This document shows, piece by piece, positions 31,206 to 40,745 of a DNA stretch of 64,000 bases. The position numbers and the translations under genes were made by a program. Within the stretch, counting starts at the first letter, position 1; each line of letters begins with the position of its first letter. The notes under the pieces are model-generated. The model was not told the DNA's origin. It worked only from the letters and a program-made list of their open reading frames with translations, and did no database searches. Origin of the DNA: Candidatus Cryptobacteroides sp. (lineage in GTDB: Bacteria; Bacteroidota; Bacteroidia; Bacteroidales; UBA932); NCBI GenBank assembly GCA_052173975.1, contig JBQMXN010000007.1, positions 1,431 through 65,430 on the forward strand, written 5' to 3'.

Positions 31206-31231
31206 TACTTGGAAAGACGAATTTTTATTAT

Positions 31232-31239
31232 TATCTTTG
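31232..31239 (+). promoter_or_regulatory. Bacteroidota -7 promoter box (TATCTTTG) for rpsF-rpsR-rplI
   Basis: Exact TAnnTTTG 67 nt upstream of the rpsF ATG, followed by leader hairpin CAATCCT...AGGATTG (31240-31276). Confidence 0.5.
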
Positions 31240-31305
31240 CAATCCTTTTGTAGCGTCTTACGGCTCAATAGGATTGTAAATTTTTTATAAACAAATAATT
31301 ACATT

Positions 31306-31677
31306 ATGGTAAAACAGTACGAAACCGTTTTCATCGCAACTCCCGTTTTGTCTGAGGCTCAGATGAAGGAAGCGGTTGCTAAGTACACTGGCTTCATCAA
31401 AGAAAATGGAGGCGAAATTGTGTACGAAGAGGATTGGGGATTGAAGCAGCTTGCTTATCCTATCCAACACAAAACATCCGGATTCTATTATTTAATAGAG
31501 TTTAAGGCTGAAACATCTTTTGTGGATATGCTTGAGACACAGTACAAACGTGATGAGAGAATTATCAGATTCATCACCGTATCTCTTGACAAGAATGCTG
31601 TGGAATATGCAGAAAAGAGAAGAGCAGGTAAAGGCAAAAAAGTTGCTGCTACAAGTGAAGTTAAATCAGAAGAATAA
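31306..31677 (+). CDS. rpsF: 30S ribosomal protein S6
   Basis: [19 protein letters not shown]... is a typical S6 N-terminus. Gene order is S6-S18-L9. Confidence 0.95.
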   Translation: MVKQYETVFIATPVLSEAQMKEAVAKYTGFIKENGGEIVYEEDWGLKQLAYPIQHKTSGFYYLIEFKAETSFVDMLETQYKRDERIIRFITVSLDKNAVEYAEKRRAGKGKKVAATSEVKSEE

Positions 31678-31692
31678 TCGGAGGATTTGAAT

Positions 31693-31974
31693 ATGGCACA
31701 GAATGATAATGCACAAAATGGAGAAATCCGTTATCTGAACCCTCCTGCAGTAGAGGTAAGAAAGAAAAAATACTGCCGTTTTAAAAAGGCAGGAATTAAG
31801 TATATAGATTACAAAGATCCTGAGTTCTTGAAAAAATTCCTTAACGAGCAAGGTAAGATTCTTCCTCGTCGTATTACTGGAACTTCTTTGAAATTCCAAA
31901 GAAAAGTTTCTCAGGCTATTAAGAGAGCTCGTTCTCTTGCTCTTCTTCCTTATGTAACAGACCTTCTTAAATAA
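31693..31974 (+). CDS. rpsR: 30S ribosomal protein S18
   Basis: [18 protein letters not shown]...LPRRITG is the S18 core. ATG 31693 is preferred over TTG 31687. Confidence 0.95.
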   Translation: MAQNDNAQNGEIRYLNPPAVEVRKKKYCRFKKAGIKYIDYKDPEFLKKFLNEQGKILPRRITGTSLKFQRKVSQAIKRARSLALLPYVTDLLK

Positions 31975-31990
31975 TCAGGAGATAGTAATT

Positions 31991-32437
31991 ATGAACATTA
32001 TTTTGAAAAAAGAAGTTGCTAATCTCGGCTATGCTGATGATGTAGTAAAAGTTAAGACCGGTTATGCTCTTAATTATCTTATCCCTCAGGGGTTTGCAAT
32101 TGCCGCTACTTCTTCTGCACTTAAGCAGTTGGAAGAGGTGAAACGCCAGAGAGCTCATAAAGAGGCTAAACTTGTGGATGCTGCAAATGCTTTGGCTGCA
32201 AAAATATCTGCTGTTTCAGTTAAGGTATCGGCTAAGGTTAGTGAGAATGGTAAGATTTTCGGTTCTATCACTTCTGCTCAGCTTGCAGAGGCTCTTGTTA
32301 ATGCAGGTGTTGAGGTAGATAAGAAAGATATAACAGTTGTTTCAGAGAATGTTAAGACTGTCGGTTCTTATGAGGCTTCCGTTAAATGTTATAAAAATAT
32401 TTGCGGAACATTCAAATTTGAAGTTATAGCTGAATAA
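31991..32437 (+). CDS. rplI: 50S ribosomal protein L9
   Basis: MNIILKKEVANLGYADDVVKVKTGYALNYLIPQG is the L9 N-domain. Confidence 0.95.
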   Translation: MNIILKKEVANLGYADDVVKVKTGYALNYLIPQGFAIAATSSALKQLEEVKRQRAHKEAKLVDAANALAAKISAVSVKVSAKVSENGKIFGSITSAQLAEALVNAGVEVDKKDITVVSENVKTVGSYEASVKCYKNICGTFKFEVIAE

Positions 32438-32460
32438 GAAATATAACAATCAGATTAGTG

Positions 32461-32501
32461 CGGCTGCAATGGTATTGACTTTGCAGCCGTTCTTATTTTT
32501 A
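32461..32501 (+). terminator. Rho-independent terminator after rplI
   Basis: 9-bp stem CGGCTGCAA (32461-32469) / TTGCAGCCG (32481-32489), followed by TTCTTATTTTTA. Confidence 0.75.
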
Positions 32502-32534
32502 TTTAGTTGCGTAGCAACTTTCTGCGCGTGAGCG

Positions 32535-34007
32535 CTAAATCTTAAAGTTGTTGATTTCTTTGTTGATACGTTCCAATATTTGTAGCTTTATGTTGCGAAG
32601 TTCTTCTGAAATATCGGCTTTGTAGTAGTGTGGATTGATGAGACGCCTTTCTGAGGGGTTAAAATGTGAGAGGGTTTCGCTATGGTATTGACGTTTTTCT
32701 TCTATGTTGTATGTCGGGGTGCAAATTTGTCCGTTTTGCAAGACTTGTTTTTGAAGTATCTTGAATTGGTAGGTGCCTGCTTCAAATGTTTTGAATTTGA
32801 AACGATCTTGTTCGTCGTAGATTGTGAATGTTGCGCCTGTTTCGATTTTAAGAACAGTGTTGTCGTTCCTGATACAGGTGACGTCTGCTTCGAAGTTGTC
32901 TTCCACTATGATACGGTATGTAATTTGGAAGCCGGGATTTATGAGTTTAATTGTGTCTTCGGAGCGTTTAAGAACAGGTTCTTCTCCGATTTGGACTAGT
33001 TTGTAAACGTTGCCGAAGCATGGGGCTTCTTTGCTTGTGGCGATGGCATCTCCGACACCGTAAGCGTCTATTTTTGCACCTTGTCGTTCTAAATCGCTGA
33101 TTAGGTATTCGTCTAATGAGTTGGTAGCGAAAATTTTACAGTTTGTTAATCCGTGTTTGTCCAATATTTCTCTTACTTTCACCGAAAGATATGCAAGATC
33201 ACCGCTGTCAAGGCGTATTCCATATCCGGGTGCATAGTTGTCGTCTATTCCTGTTTCTTTGAATGCTCTGATTGCGTTTAGAAGCCCGCATTTCAGGGTG
33301 TCGTATGTGTCTATGAGAAGGATAAGATTTTCTCCTTTGTGGGTGTTGATGTAGTCAATAAATGCTATATGTTCTCCTTCGACGCTGCTGCCGTAGGATG
33401 TGATGTAACTGTGAGCCATTGTGCCTGTGGCTTGTATGTCGTTGAGCGTACTTGTAAGGATGTTTGATGTGCTTTTACAGCCTGCGATTATTGCTGCTTT
33501 TGCTCCGAATGTTGCTGCCCAAGGTCCGTGTGCTCTTCTGGAACCGAATTCACTTACCGGTTTGTTAGTGGCTCTGCATACTCGGGAGGCCTTTGTCGCT
33601 ACTGCCATCTGGTGATTCATTATGCAGAGTATAGGCGTCTCCAGGACCTGAGCTTCAATGAGTGGGGCTTCTACAGTGATTATAGGTTGGTTAGGAAATA
33701 CGATTTCTCCTTCACGCATTGCATATACGTTGCCGGTGAATTGCATAGATGCCAAGTATTCTCTGAATTGCGCATATTCTTCTTCAGGGAGAAATTTTTT
33801 GTAGAAATCAGGTGTTTCTTTGCCTAATCCTGCTATCATCTCCAAGACTTCTTCTATTCCGCTTACCACAGCCCAGTTATTGTTTTCAGGGGCTTTGCGA
33901 TAGAACATATTGAATATAGCGATTTGCTCTTGGCGACCTTTATCGTAAAATGATTTTCCCATTGTGTATTGGTATTTGTCTGAGCAATATGCGTAGTTCA
34001 GTTCCAT
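32535..34007 (-). CDS. pncB: Nicotinate phosphoribosyltransferase
   Basis: 490 aa with GTMAHSY and overall NAPRTase layout. Confidence 0.9.
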   Translation of the reverse strand: MELNYAYCSDKYQYTMGKSFYDKGRQEQIAIFNMFYRKAPENNNWAVVSGIEEVLEMIAGLGKETPDFYKKFLPEEEYAQFREYLASMQFTGNVYAMREGEIVFPNQPIITVEAPLIEAQVLETPILCIMNHQMAVATKASRVCRATNKPVSEFGSRRAHGPWAATFGAKAAIIAGCKSTSNILTSTLNDIQATGTMAHSYITSYGSSVEGEHIAFIDYINTHKGENLILLIDTYDTLKCGLLNAIRAFKETGIDDNYAPGYGIRLDSGDLAYLSVKVREILDKHGLTNCKIFATNSLDEYLISDLERQGAKIDAYGVGDAIATSKEAPCFGNVYKLVQIGEEPVLKRSEDTIKLINPGFQITYRIIVEDNFEADVTCIRNDNTVLKIETGATFTIYDEQDRFKFKTFEAGTYQFKILQKQVLQNGQICTPTYNIEEKRQYHSETLSHFNPSERRLINPHYYKADISEELRNIKLQILERINKEINNFKI

Positions 34008-34032
34008 AATCTTATAATGTTCAAAATGAATT

Positions 34033-34040
34033 CAAATATA
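34033..34040 (-). promoter_or_regulatory. Bacteroidota -7 promoter box (TATATTTG) for pncB
   Basis: Exact TAnnTTTG on the minus strand 26 nt upstream of ATG 34007. Confidence 0.45.
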
Positions 34041-34052
34041 ACCTTTTTCCCG

Positions 34053-34060
34053 TATATTTG
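34053..34060 (+). promoter_or_regulatory. Bacteroidota -7 promoter box (TATATTTG) for the AmgK-like gene
   Basis: Exact TAnnTTTG 24 nt upstream of ATG 34084. Confidence 0.45.
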
Positions 34061-34083
34061 TAAGGATAATTTTCAAAACGGAT

Positions 34084-35508
34084 ATGCAGATGAAGCGTTT
34101 GGAGTCTTTATTTGAAATATTTGCCGGTCATAAGGCGGATTTTTATAAGGAATTTACGTCTTCCGGTAGTAATAGGCGTTATTTCAGAATAAAAGACAGA
34201 GGTAATTCTTTTATAGGCGTTATCGGTACTTCAGATAAAGAGAATAGGGCTTTTATAGAGTTGTCTAAGCATTTTTTATCTAAAGGAATCAATGTACCTG
34301 AAATATTTGCAGTTAGTGAGGATGGGATGTGTTATATCCAGGAGGATTTGGGAGATATTTCACTTTATGATGAGATTAAATGTGGCAGGGAGAGCGGAAA
34401 TTATTCTTCTTCGGAGAAGGAGTTGCTCTTCAAGACAATAGCAATGCTTCCAAAGATACAGTTTGAAGGTGCTGAAGGTTTGAATTTTGATGTTTGCTAT
34501 CCGGAATCATCTTTTAATGGTAGGATGGTGATGTTTGATTTGAATTATTTTAAGTATTGCTTTTTGAAAGTATCGGGTGTGGAGTTTGATGAGATATTAT
34601 TGCAGGAGGATTTCGAAAGGTTGCAAAAAGATTTGTCAGAGATAAGTGCGGACGCTTTTATGTATAGGGATTTCCAGGCAAGAAATGTGATGTTAAAAGA
34701 GGGTAAACCGTATTTTATTGATTTTCAGGGAGGAAGAAAAGGTCCTTTTTATTATGATTTGGCCTCATTCGTATGGCAGGCAAAGGCTTGTTATGCAGAT
34801 GATTTAAAGAAGGAGTTGATAGATACATACTTAGCTGCTCTAATGCCATATCTTAAAGTGGAAAGGAAGCTTTTTGATGAAAATTTTAGGCTTTTTGTGC
34901 TGTTCCGTACTTTGCAGGTATTGGGAGCATACGGTTTTAGAGGGTATATTGAGCATAAGGAGCATTTTATTTCGAGTATCCCTTTTGCTTTGGCAAATTT
35001 GCGTAAACTTTTGGAAATTCCTTTTATAAATTATCCTTATCTGAATGAGATATTGGTAAGATTGTCGCAGAAACTTGATTCTTTTATTGAAACCGATGAT
35101 GGTCAATTGGAGGTCTCGGTTTACAGTTTTTCTTATAAGAAAGGTATTCCTGTGGATAGGTCTGGAAACGGAGGCGGTTATGTGTTTGATTGTCGGGCTG
35201 TCCATAATCCGGGAAAGTATGAGCGTTATAAGGGATTTACTGGTTTGGATAGGGAAGTGATTGATTTTTTAGAGGAGGATGGGGAGATATTATCATTTCT
35301 TTCTCATGTTTATAGGTTGGTAGATGCTCATGTTGAAAGGTTTATTGAGCGTAAGTTTACTCATTTACAGATTTGTTTTGGGTGTACAGGAGGACAACAT
35401 AGGTCTGTATATTGTGCTGAAGATATTGCAGAGCATTTGGCATCTAAGTATAGCGTTCGGGTACGCCTTATACATAGGGAACTTGGAATAGAAAGGGAGG
35501 TTAGATGA
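34084..35508 (+). CDS. AmgK-like sugar kinase (aminoglycoside-phosphotransferase fold) fused to a RapZ C-terminal-like domain
   Basis: N-terminal part has YRDFQARNVM and YFIDFQGG (APH/AmgK kinase pattern). From about nt 35100 it reads LEVSVYSFSYKKGIP, YVFDCRAVHNPG, TGLD and FGCTGGQHRSVYCAE, as in the RapZ/YhbJ C-terminal domain. Confidence 0.85.
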   Translation: MQMKRLESLFEIFAGHKADFYKEFTSSGSNRRYFRIKDRGNSFIGVIGTSDKENRAFIELSKHFLSKGINVPEIFAVSEDGMCYIQEDLGDISLYDEIKCGRESGNYSSSEKELLFKTIAMLPKIQFEGAEGLNFDVCYPESSFNGRMVMFDLNYFKYCFLKVSGVEFDEILLQEDFERLQKDLSEISADAFMYRDFQARNVMLKEGKPYFIDFQGGRKGPFYYDLASFVWQAKACYADDLKKELIDTYLAALMPYLKVERKLFDENFRLFVLFRTLQVLGAYGFRGYIEHKEHFISSIPFALANLRKLLEIPFINYPYLNEILVRLSQKLDSFIETDDGQLEVSVYSFSYKKGIPVDRSGNGGGYVFDCRAVHNPGKYERYKGFTGLDREVIDFLEEDGEILSFLSHVYRLVDAHVERFIERKFTHLQICFGCTGGQHRSVYCAEDIAEHLASKYSVRVRLIHRELGIEREVR

Positions 35509-36302
35509 TGAATGCTATGATTTTTGCTGCAGGGCTTGGGACCCGTTTAAAACCCTTGACGGATTTTATTCCTAAGGCTCTTGTGGAAGTAAAAGGCAAG
35601 CCTCTGATTTATCATTTGATAATGAAATTGAAGGCGGCAGGAGTGAGTAAATGTGTAGTAAACGTTCATCATTTTGCGGATAAGATTGTTTCCTTTCTTG
35701 AAGAGAATGATAATTTCGGTATGGATATAATTATTTCTGATGAGAGAGAACTGTTGAGGGACACTGGAGGAGGAATAAGGTATGCCGAGCGTTTTTTATC
35801 TGATGGAGGTCCTTTTCTTGTGCATAATGTGGATATTTTATCTAATTTGGATCTGAATTATTTTGAAAAGAGGACTGATTCAAAGGCTTTGGCAACTATT
35901 TTAGTGAGTGATAGGAAGACCAATCGCTATTTACTATTCGATGCTAATATGAGACTTGTCGGATGGACAAATATTGCTACAGGAGAATTGAAAACTCCTT
36001 TTAAAGGTTTGGAGCTCGGTACTTGCAAGGCGTTGGCTTTTTCAGGGATTCATATTATTTCTAATGATATTTTCAGAGTTTTTGACGAAATAGAGCAGTT
36101 TCCGTCTGATTTTCCGCTTTATGCTGCAGACGGTTCTTTCGCCTTTAAGGAGCCTTTAGGCGACAAATTTTCCATTGTGGATTTTTATTTGCGCGCCTGT
36201 GCGCGCTATAGCATTTCAGGTATTGAACAAGATGGATTAAAGTTGTTGGATGTTGGTAAACCTGACAGTTTGGCTATGGCAGAGAATTTCTTGTCTTTAT
36301 AG
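35505..36302 (+). CDS. MurU-like sugar-1-phosphate nucleotidyltransferase
   Basis: N-terminal IFAAGLGTRLKPLT nucleotidyltransferase motif. Start overlaps the stop of the kinase gene. Confidence 0.85.
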   Translation: MMNAMIFAAGLGTRLKPLTDFIPKALVEVKGKPLIYHLIMKLKAAGVSKCVVNVHHFADKIVSFLEENDNFGMDIIISDERELLRDTGGGIRYAERFLSDGGPFLVHNVDILSNLDLNYFEKRTDSKALATILVSDRKTNRYLLFDANMRLVGWTNIATGELKTPFKGLELGTCKALAFSGIHIISNDIFRVFDEIEQFPSDFPLYAADGSFAFKEPLGDKFSIVDFYLRACARYSISGIEQDGLKLLDVGKPDSLAMAENFLSL

Positions 36303-37193
36303 AGAGGCGTTTTCTATTGTTTTGAAGTTGCCTTGTTTTGATTTTAGAGGTACTCGTTTGATTGTCATAATCGTCCAGCCTACGGTTATAATGCTGATAA
36401 TAAGTAGTATAATGTAGTAGGGATGTGGGATTATTTGGTAGAATGATTGTAATTCTTCTGCCGTATCTATTTTTGACATAAGCAAAGAGAATGTGTTGTT
36501 AGCGAAATGCATTAGTATGGTGAACTTTAACGAGCCTGTTTTGTAGTAAACATAACCGAAAAACAGTCCTAAAAGGAATGCGGGAATGGCTTGCCATAAG
36601 TTCATATGAATTAGGGCAAAGAAAATAGCAGATAATGCTATCGCTAATGCAGGAGGCATCGTAGCCCCTTTTTTGTTTTTATGGTGTAGAAGACCTCTTA
36701 ATACGATTCCTCTGCAGAACCATTCTTCGAAAAATGGGGCAAAGATGCATACTGTTATAAATGAAATCCAGAACTTGCCCATAAGCATACTTTTTAGTAA
36801 ATTCTCCATCCATTCAGGCATTGGAGGAAGTATAAGGCTTATCGGCTCAACTATTATTGAGGATGATATTGTTGCTATGATAAGTAATAATCCAAGGCTC
36901 AAGCCTTTTTTGATATTTGTAATAGGACTGTCTAATACATATCCTTTTGAGAAAAGACTGTTTTGGTTTCCTTTATATGCTACATATATCATAGGAGGAA
37001 TGAACATTACAGGGTAGGATATTAGAAAGCCATATTCTTTCATTATATCATCACCTGCTAATGCCAAAGGAAGACTTGCAATGTTTCCAAGTATTACTCC
37101 AATGAACATTAGGACAAGCATCATTAGCATACCGCCTATTCCCGGGGTATAGAAAGCATGACTTTCAAATAGTCGATAGTTCTTTCCTTTCAT
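36297..37193 (-). CDS. CPBP family intramembrane glutamic endopeptidase (CAAX protease-like)
   Basis: Polytopic protein with FFEEWFCRG (EExxxR) and FALIHMN motifs. Confidence 0.88.
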   Translation of the reverse strand: MKGKNYRLFESHAFYTPGIGGMLMMLVLMFIGVILGNIASLPLALAGDDIMKEYGFLISYPVMFIPPMIYVAYKGNQNSLFSKGYVLDSPITNIKKGLSLGLLLIIATISSSIIVEPISLILPPMPEWMENLLKSMLMGKFWISFITVCIFAPFFEEWFCRGIVLRGLLHHKNKKGATMPPALAIALSAIFFALIHMNLWQAIPAFLLGLFFGYVYYKTGSLKFTILMHFANNTFSLLMSKIDTAEELQSFYQIIPHPYYIILLIISIITVGWTIMTIKRVPLKSKQGNFKTIENASL

Positions 37194-37200
37194 TCGTTCT

Positions 37201-38136
37201 TTATTTGTAAAGAGGAGAAGGGTAGATTCCCTTATCTGCTAATTCTTGAAATTTTGCTACTACTGCGGGTCTGTCTTCTTTGTATGTTACGCCGAACCAA
37301 CGTGATGGAGTAGAGAGTATTTCGCATTTGGCAGTCTTACTTTTTATCATTGTATCGACTGCGAGAGGTATGTAAAATTCCTTTTTAGGTTCGTTGATAT
37401 TTTTAGATAAGAAAGAATCGAAGACTTGTTCGGATTTTTCAAAATAGTCAGGAGTAAATCCCCACATGTTCATAGAACAGAGCGCTTTTGCTTCTAATGT
37501 TATATGTTTTTCTCCTGTTGTAGAGTTGTCTCCATATACCTTACCATCTTCTTCTACCCCTATATTCAGGTGTTCGACAATATCTGTTAGATGTTTGTTG
37601 TTATCATATGAGCAGATACCGCGAGATACTTTCCCGTATTCTGATAAAGTGCGATCTAACTCAAAACCTATAATGGAGTATGTATCTTTTTGATTCTGAT
37701 GCTCTTTCAGCCATTCTCCAAGTATGCGAAATGATTCTTTTCCATAATAGTCATCTCCGTTGATGACTGCGAAAGGTTCGTGTATTACGTCTTTTGCCAT
37801 CAGTACTGCGTGGGCTGTACCCCAAGGTTTTTCCCTTTCAGGGTTCATTGTGTACTTTGTAGGTATCTTGTTTAACTCTTGTGTTACAAATATAAACTCT
37901 AAAGGAGCGCCATCTATGCATTTTACTCCTTTGTATTTCTCCTGCACGGTCTTTTCGAATTCTTCTTTGAAATATTCGCGTACGATGTAGACGATTTTAC
38001 CGAATCCGGCTTGCACAGCATCATATATTGAATAGTCGATGATTGTCTCCCCGTTCGGACCGACGCCGTCCATTTGTTTTAGGCCGCCATATCGGCTTCC
38101 CATTCCTGCTGCAAGTACTAATAGTGTTGGTTTCAT
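37201..38136 (-). CDS. Sugar-phosphate nucleotidyltransferase family protein
   Basis: N-terminal LVLAAGMGSRYGGLKQ (GxGxR NTP-transferase motif). 311 aa. Confidence 0.8.
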   Translation of the reverse strand: MKPTLLVLAAGMGSRYGGLKQMDGVGPNGETIIDYSIYDAVQAGFGKIVYIVREYFKEEFEKTVQEKYKGVKCIDGAPLEFIFVTQELNKIPTKYTMNPEREKPWGTAHAVLMAKDVIHEPFAVINGDDYYGKESFRILGEWLKEHQNQKDTYSIIGFELDRTLSEYGKVSRGICSYDNNKHLTDIVEHLNIGVEEDGKVYGDNSTTGEKHITLEAKALCSMNMWGFTPDYFEKSEQVFDSFLSKNINEPKKEFYIPLAVDTMIKSKTAKCEILSTPSRWFGVTYKEDRPAVVAKFQELADKGIYPSPLYK

Positions 38137-38162
38137 AGTGCTATTTTATTTTTTGTTAATTG

Positions 38163-38170
38163 CAAATTTA
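38163..38170 (-). promoter_or_regulatory. Bacteroidota -7 promoter box (TAAATTTG)
   Basis: Exact TAnnTTTG on the minus strand 27 nt upstream of ATG 38136. Confidence 0.45.
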
Positions 38171-38224
38171 ATGATTTTAAATATAAATTATATTGTATTT
38201 TTTGTGTTTTGTAAAACGAAAAAG

Positions 38225-38587
38225 ATGCTTAATTTTGTGCAGCAAAATTTTTCCGATTTAATGAAATTTAAAGATTTATGGAATAGGGATAATGATGGCG
38301 ATAAAAAGGAGCAACGCTCATTTTTACGTTGTGCCATTGTTGCAACATCGCTTTTCTTGATATTCGTATGTTTTGTCAGTACGGATAATTTGTATCATTG
38401 GGCGAAGGCAAAATTTACTATTTATCGTCAAGAAAAGCGTATTGAACAGTATAGGCGCGAGATTAGTGAGATGGAACGTAAGATAGATATGCTTTCCAAC
38501 AATCGCGATTCATTGGAAAGATTTGCTCGTGAGAATTTTAATTTTGCTTCTCCGGGTGATGATATTTTTGTATTGGACGAGGATTAA
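38225..38587 (+). CDS. Septum formation initiator (FtsB/DivIC-like) protein
   Basis: Single TM (AIVATSLFLIFVCFV) followed by a coiled coil (YRQEKRIEQYRREISEMERKIDML) and a C-terminal ...RFARENFNFASPGDDIF pattern. Start at ATG 38225 or 38261; the upstream part of the ORF overlaps the opposite-strand gene. Confidence 0.8.
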   Translation: MLNFVQQNFSDLMKFKDLWNRDNDGDKKEQRSFLRCAIVATSLFLIFVCFVSTDNLYHWAKAKFTIYRQEKRIEQYRREISEMERKIDMLSNNRDSLERFARENFNFASPGDDIFVLDED

Positions 38588-39939
38588 TATCCTGTGTAAT
38601 TCCAAGGAGCAATAGACTTTAATTCTTCTTTTACTTTTTCCGGTACTTCGAGTTTGTCAATGAATGATTCTATTGCTTCAAAATTTATAGCTGCTCCTGT
38701 TCTTGTCAAAGATTTAAGAGCTTCGTAAGGTTTCGGATAACCTTCCCTACGAAGAATTGTTTGTATACCTTCTGCAACTACAGCCCAGTTCCTTTCCAAA
38801 TCAGCGTGTATAGTCTGCTCATTTAGAATAAGTTTGCCAAAACCTTTTTTGAGAGAAGCAAATGCTATTAGACCGTGTGCAATAGGTACTCCTATATTCC
38901 TTAATACTGTAGAATCTGTAAGATCTCTCTGTAATCTTGAAATCGGTAATTTCATAGATAAGAACGTAAAGATGGCATTTGCCATACCTAAATTGCCTTC
39001 TGCATTTTCAAAGTCAATAGGATTTACTTTATGTGGCATTGCAGATGAGCCTACTTCATTCTTATTTACTTTTTGGCGGAAATAATCTATTGAAATGTAT
39101 GTCCAAATATCTCTTGATAAGTCTATTAGGATGGTGTTAATACGTCTTAATGCGTCAAAAATCGCGGCGATATTGTCATAATGTTCGATTTGCGTTGTAG
39201 GGAAAGATCTTTTAAGACCTATTGAATTCACGAAATCTTCTCCGAATTTTATCCAATCAATATTCGGATATGCTACTTTATGTGCATTCATATTTCCTGT
39301 TGCCCCACCGAATTTAGCCGGAAAACGTAATGCAGACAATTGACGTACTTGCTCTTTAAGTCTTACTGAAAATACTTGAAATTCTTTACCTACTCGTGTC
39401 GGAGATGCCGGCTGACCGTGAGTCCTGGCTAACATAGGAATATCTTGCCATTTAAGCGAATATTCATCTAACTTTTCTATAATTCCATTTAACTCCGGAA
39501 CATAAATATCCTCTAAGGCGTTCTTGAGCATTAAAGGAAAGGCCGTATTGTTTATGTCTTGAGATGTCAAGCCGAAATGTATGAATTCACTTTTTTTATC
39601 GTAACCTAATTCCTGAAATTTTTTCTTTATATAGTATTCTATAGCCTTTACATCGTGGTTCGTAGTTGCCTCTATTTCTTTTACTTCTTCTGCCTGTGCT
39701 TCTGTGAAACAATCATAAATGTTTCTTAAATCCTTGTAAAATGCTTCTTTATCTTTTGAGAGACCTTTGAGTTGTGGCAGAGGAATTTCACAAAGAGCGA
39801 TGAAATATTCTATCTCTATTCTTATTCTGTATCTGATAAGGGCGTATTCACTGAAATAACTTTTCAGTATGGATGTTTTTGAATTGTACCTGCCATCAAT
39901 AGGGGATACTGCTGATAAAGAAGAAGTTGCCGTTATCAT
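38584..39939 (-). CDS. purB: Adenylosuccinate lyase
   Basis: 451 aa with fumarate-lyase signature GSSAMPHKVNP. Confidence 0.95.
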   Translation of the reverse strand: MITATSSLSAVSPIDGRYNSKTSILKSYFSEYALIRYRIRIEIEYFIALCEIPLPQLKGLSKDKEAFYKDLRNIYDCFTEAQAEEVKEIEATTNHDVKAIEYYIKKKFQELGYDKKSEFIHFGLTSQDINNTAFPLMLKNALEDIYVPELNGIIEKLDEYSLKWQDIPMLARTHGQPASPTRVGKEFQVFSVRLKEQVRQLSALRFPAKFGGATGNMNAHKVAYPNIDWIKFGEDFVNSIGLKRSFPTTQIEHYDNIAAIFDALRRINTILIDLSRDIWTYISIDYFRQKVNKNEVGSSAMPHKVNPIDFENAEGNLGMANAIFTFLSMKLPISRLQRDLTDSTVLRNIGVPIAHGLIAFASLKKGFGKLILNEQTIHADLERNWAVVAEGIQTILRREGYPKPYEALKSLTRTGAAINFEAIESFIDKLEVPEKVKEELKSIAPWNYTGY

Positions 39940-40001
39940 AAAAAATAATTTTACAGTGTCTCTACAAATTTAAGCATTTTGTCTAAAACGTGAAAGGATA
40001 T

Positions 40002-40745
40002 TTACTGTATGTTGTAAATGTGTTCTATTACCAATCCTGATAAAGTAAATCCGAAAATAGCTGTTACAGAGGCGGTAGTACCGTTTATGCTTTGTTTGGA
40101 TTCTGTATTTTCCGGCTTGTTTTTTCCTTTGTTTTGTAATACTTCAGCGTCATAGACACAGATAAAAGGGTGTGCCGGTAATGTTTTATTTTGTTTGAAT
40201 TTTTTTCTCAATGCAGCACCTAAAGGACATCCTATAACGTCCCAGAATTCTGCTGTTTTTATTTTCAAAGGAGATATTTTCAATGCAGCTCCCATTGAAG
40301 AAAAGAAGACTGCACCACTTTCACACGCTCTCAAAATTAGATTTGCTTTATTGCTTAGACTATCAACAGCATCTATTATATAGTCATATTTGGATAACTC
40401 AAATTTTTCAGCGCTATCTTTCGAATAAGTGTCCTGTATAGCTGTAATTTCTGCATAAGGATTTATTTCCCGGAGTCTGTCTTTTAATACTTCTACTTTG
40501 GATTTTCCTATTGTCTTTGTCGTAGCCATCAATTGGCGATTGATATTGCATACCGTTACGTCATCAAAATCTACTATGGTCAGATTACCTATACCTGATC
40601 TTATTAAACCTTCAGCGCACCAACTTCCGACACCGCCAACCCCGAAAATAATTACTTTCGTATTGCTGAGTTTCTCCATCATTTCTTCTCCTACAAGGAG
40701 TTCCAATCTTGTAAAAATCTCGCGTTGGCTGATTTGATTATTCAT
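40002..40745 (-). CDS. tcdA: tRNA threonylcarbamoyladenosine dehydratase (ThiF/MoeB-family, TcdA/CsdL)
   Basis: IFGVGGVGSWCAEGLIRSG Rossmann motif. 247 aa with typical TcdA layout. Confidence 0.85.
   Translation of the reverse strand: MNNQISQREIFTRLELLVGEEMMEKLSNTKVIIFGVGGVGSWCAEGLIRSGIGNLTIVDFDDVTVCNINRQLMATTKTIGKSKVEVLKDRLREINPYAEITAIQDTYSKDSAEKFELSKYDYIIDAVDSLSNKANLILRACESGAVFFSSMGAALKISPLKIKTAEFWDVIGCPLGAALRKKFKQNKTLPAHPFICVYDAEVLQNKGKNKPENTESKQSINGTTASVTAIFGFTLSGLVIEHIYNIQ

Noticed and set aside
38039-38224. N-terminal 62 codons of the 182-aa ORF containing the FtsB-like gene
   Set aside because: This part overlaps the 5' end of the opposite-strand nucleotidyltransferase gene and the shared promoter region. 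The FtsB-like protein is complete from ATG 38225.
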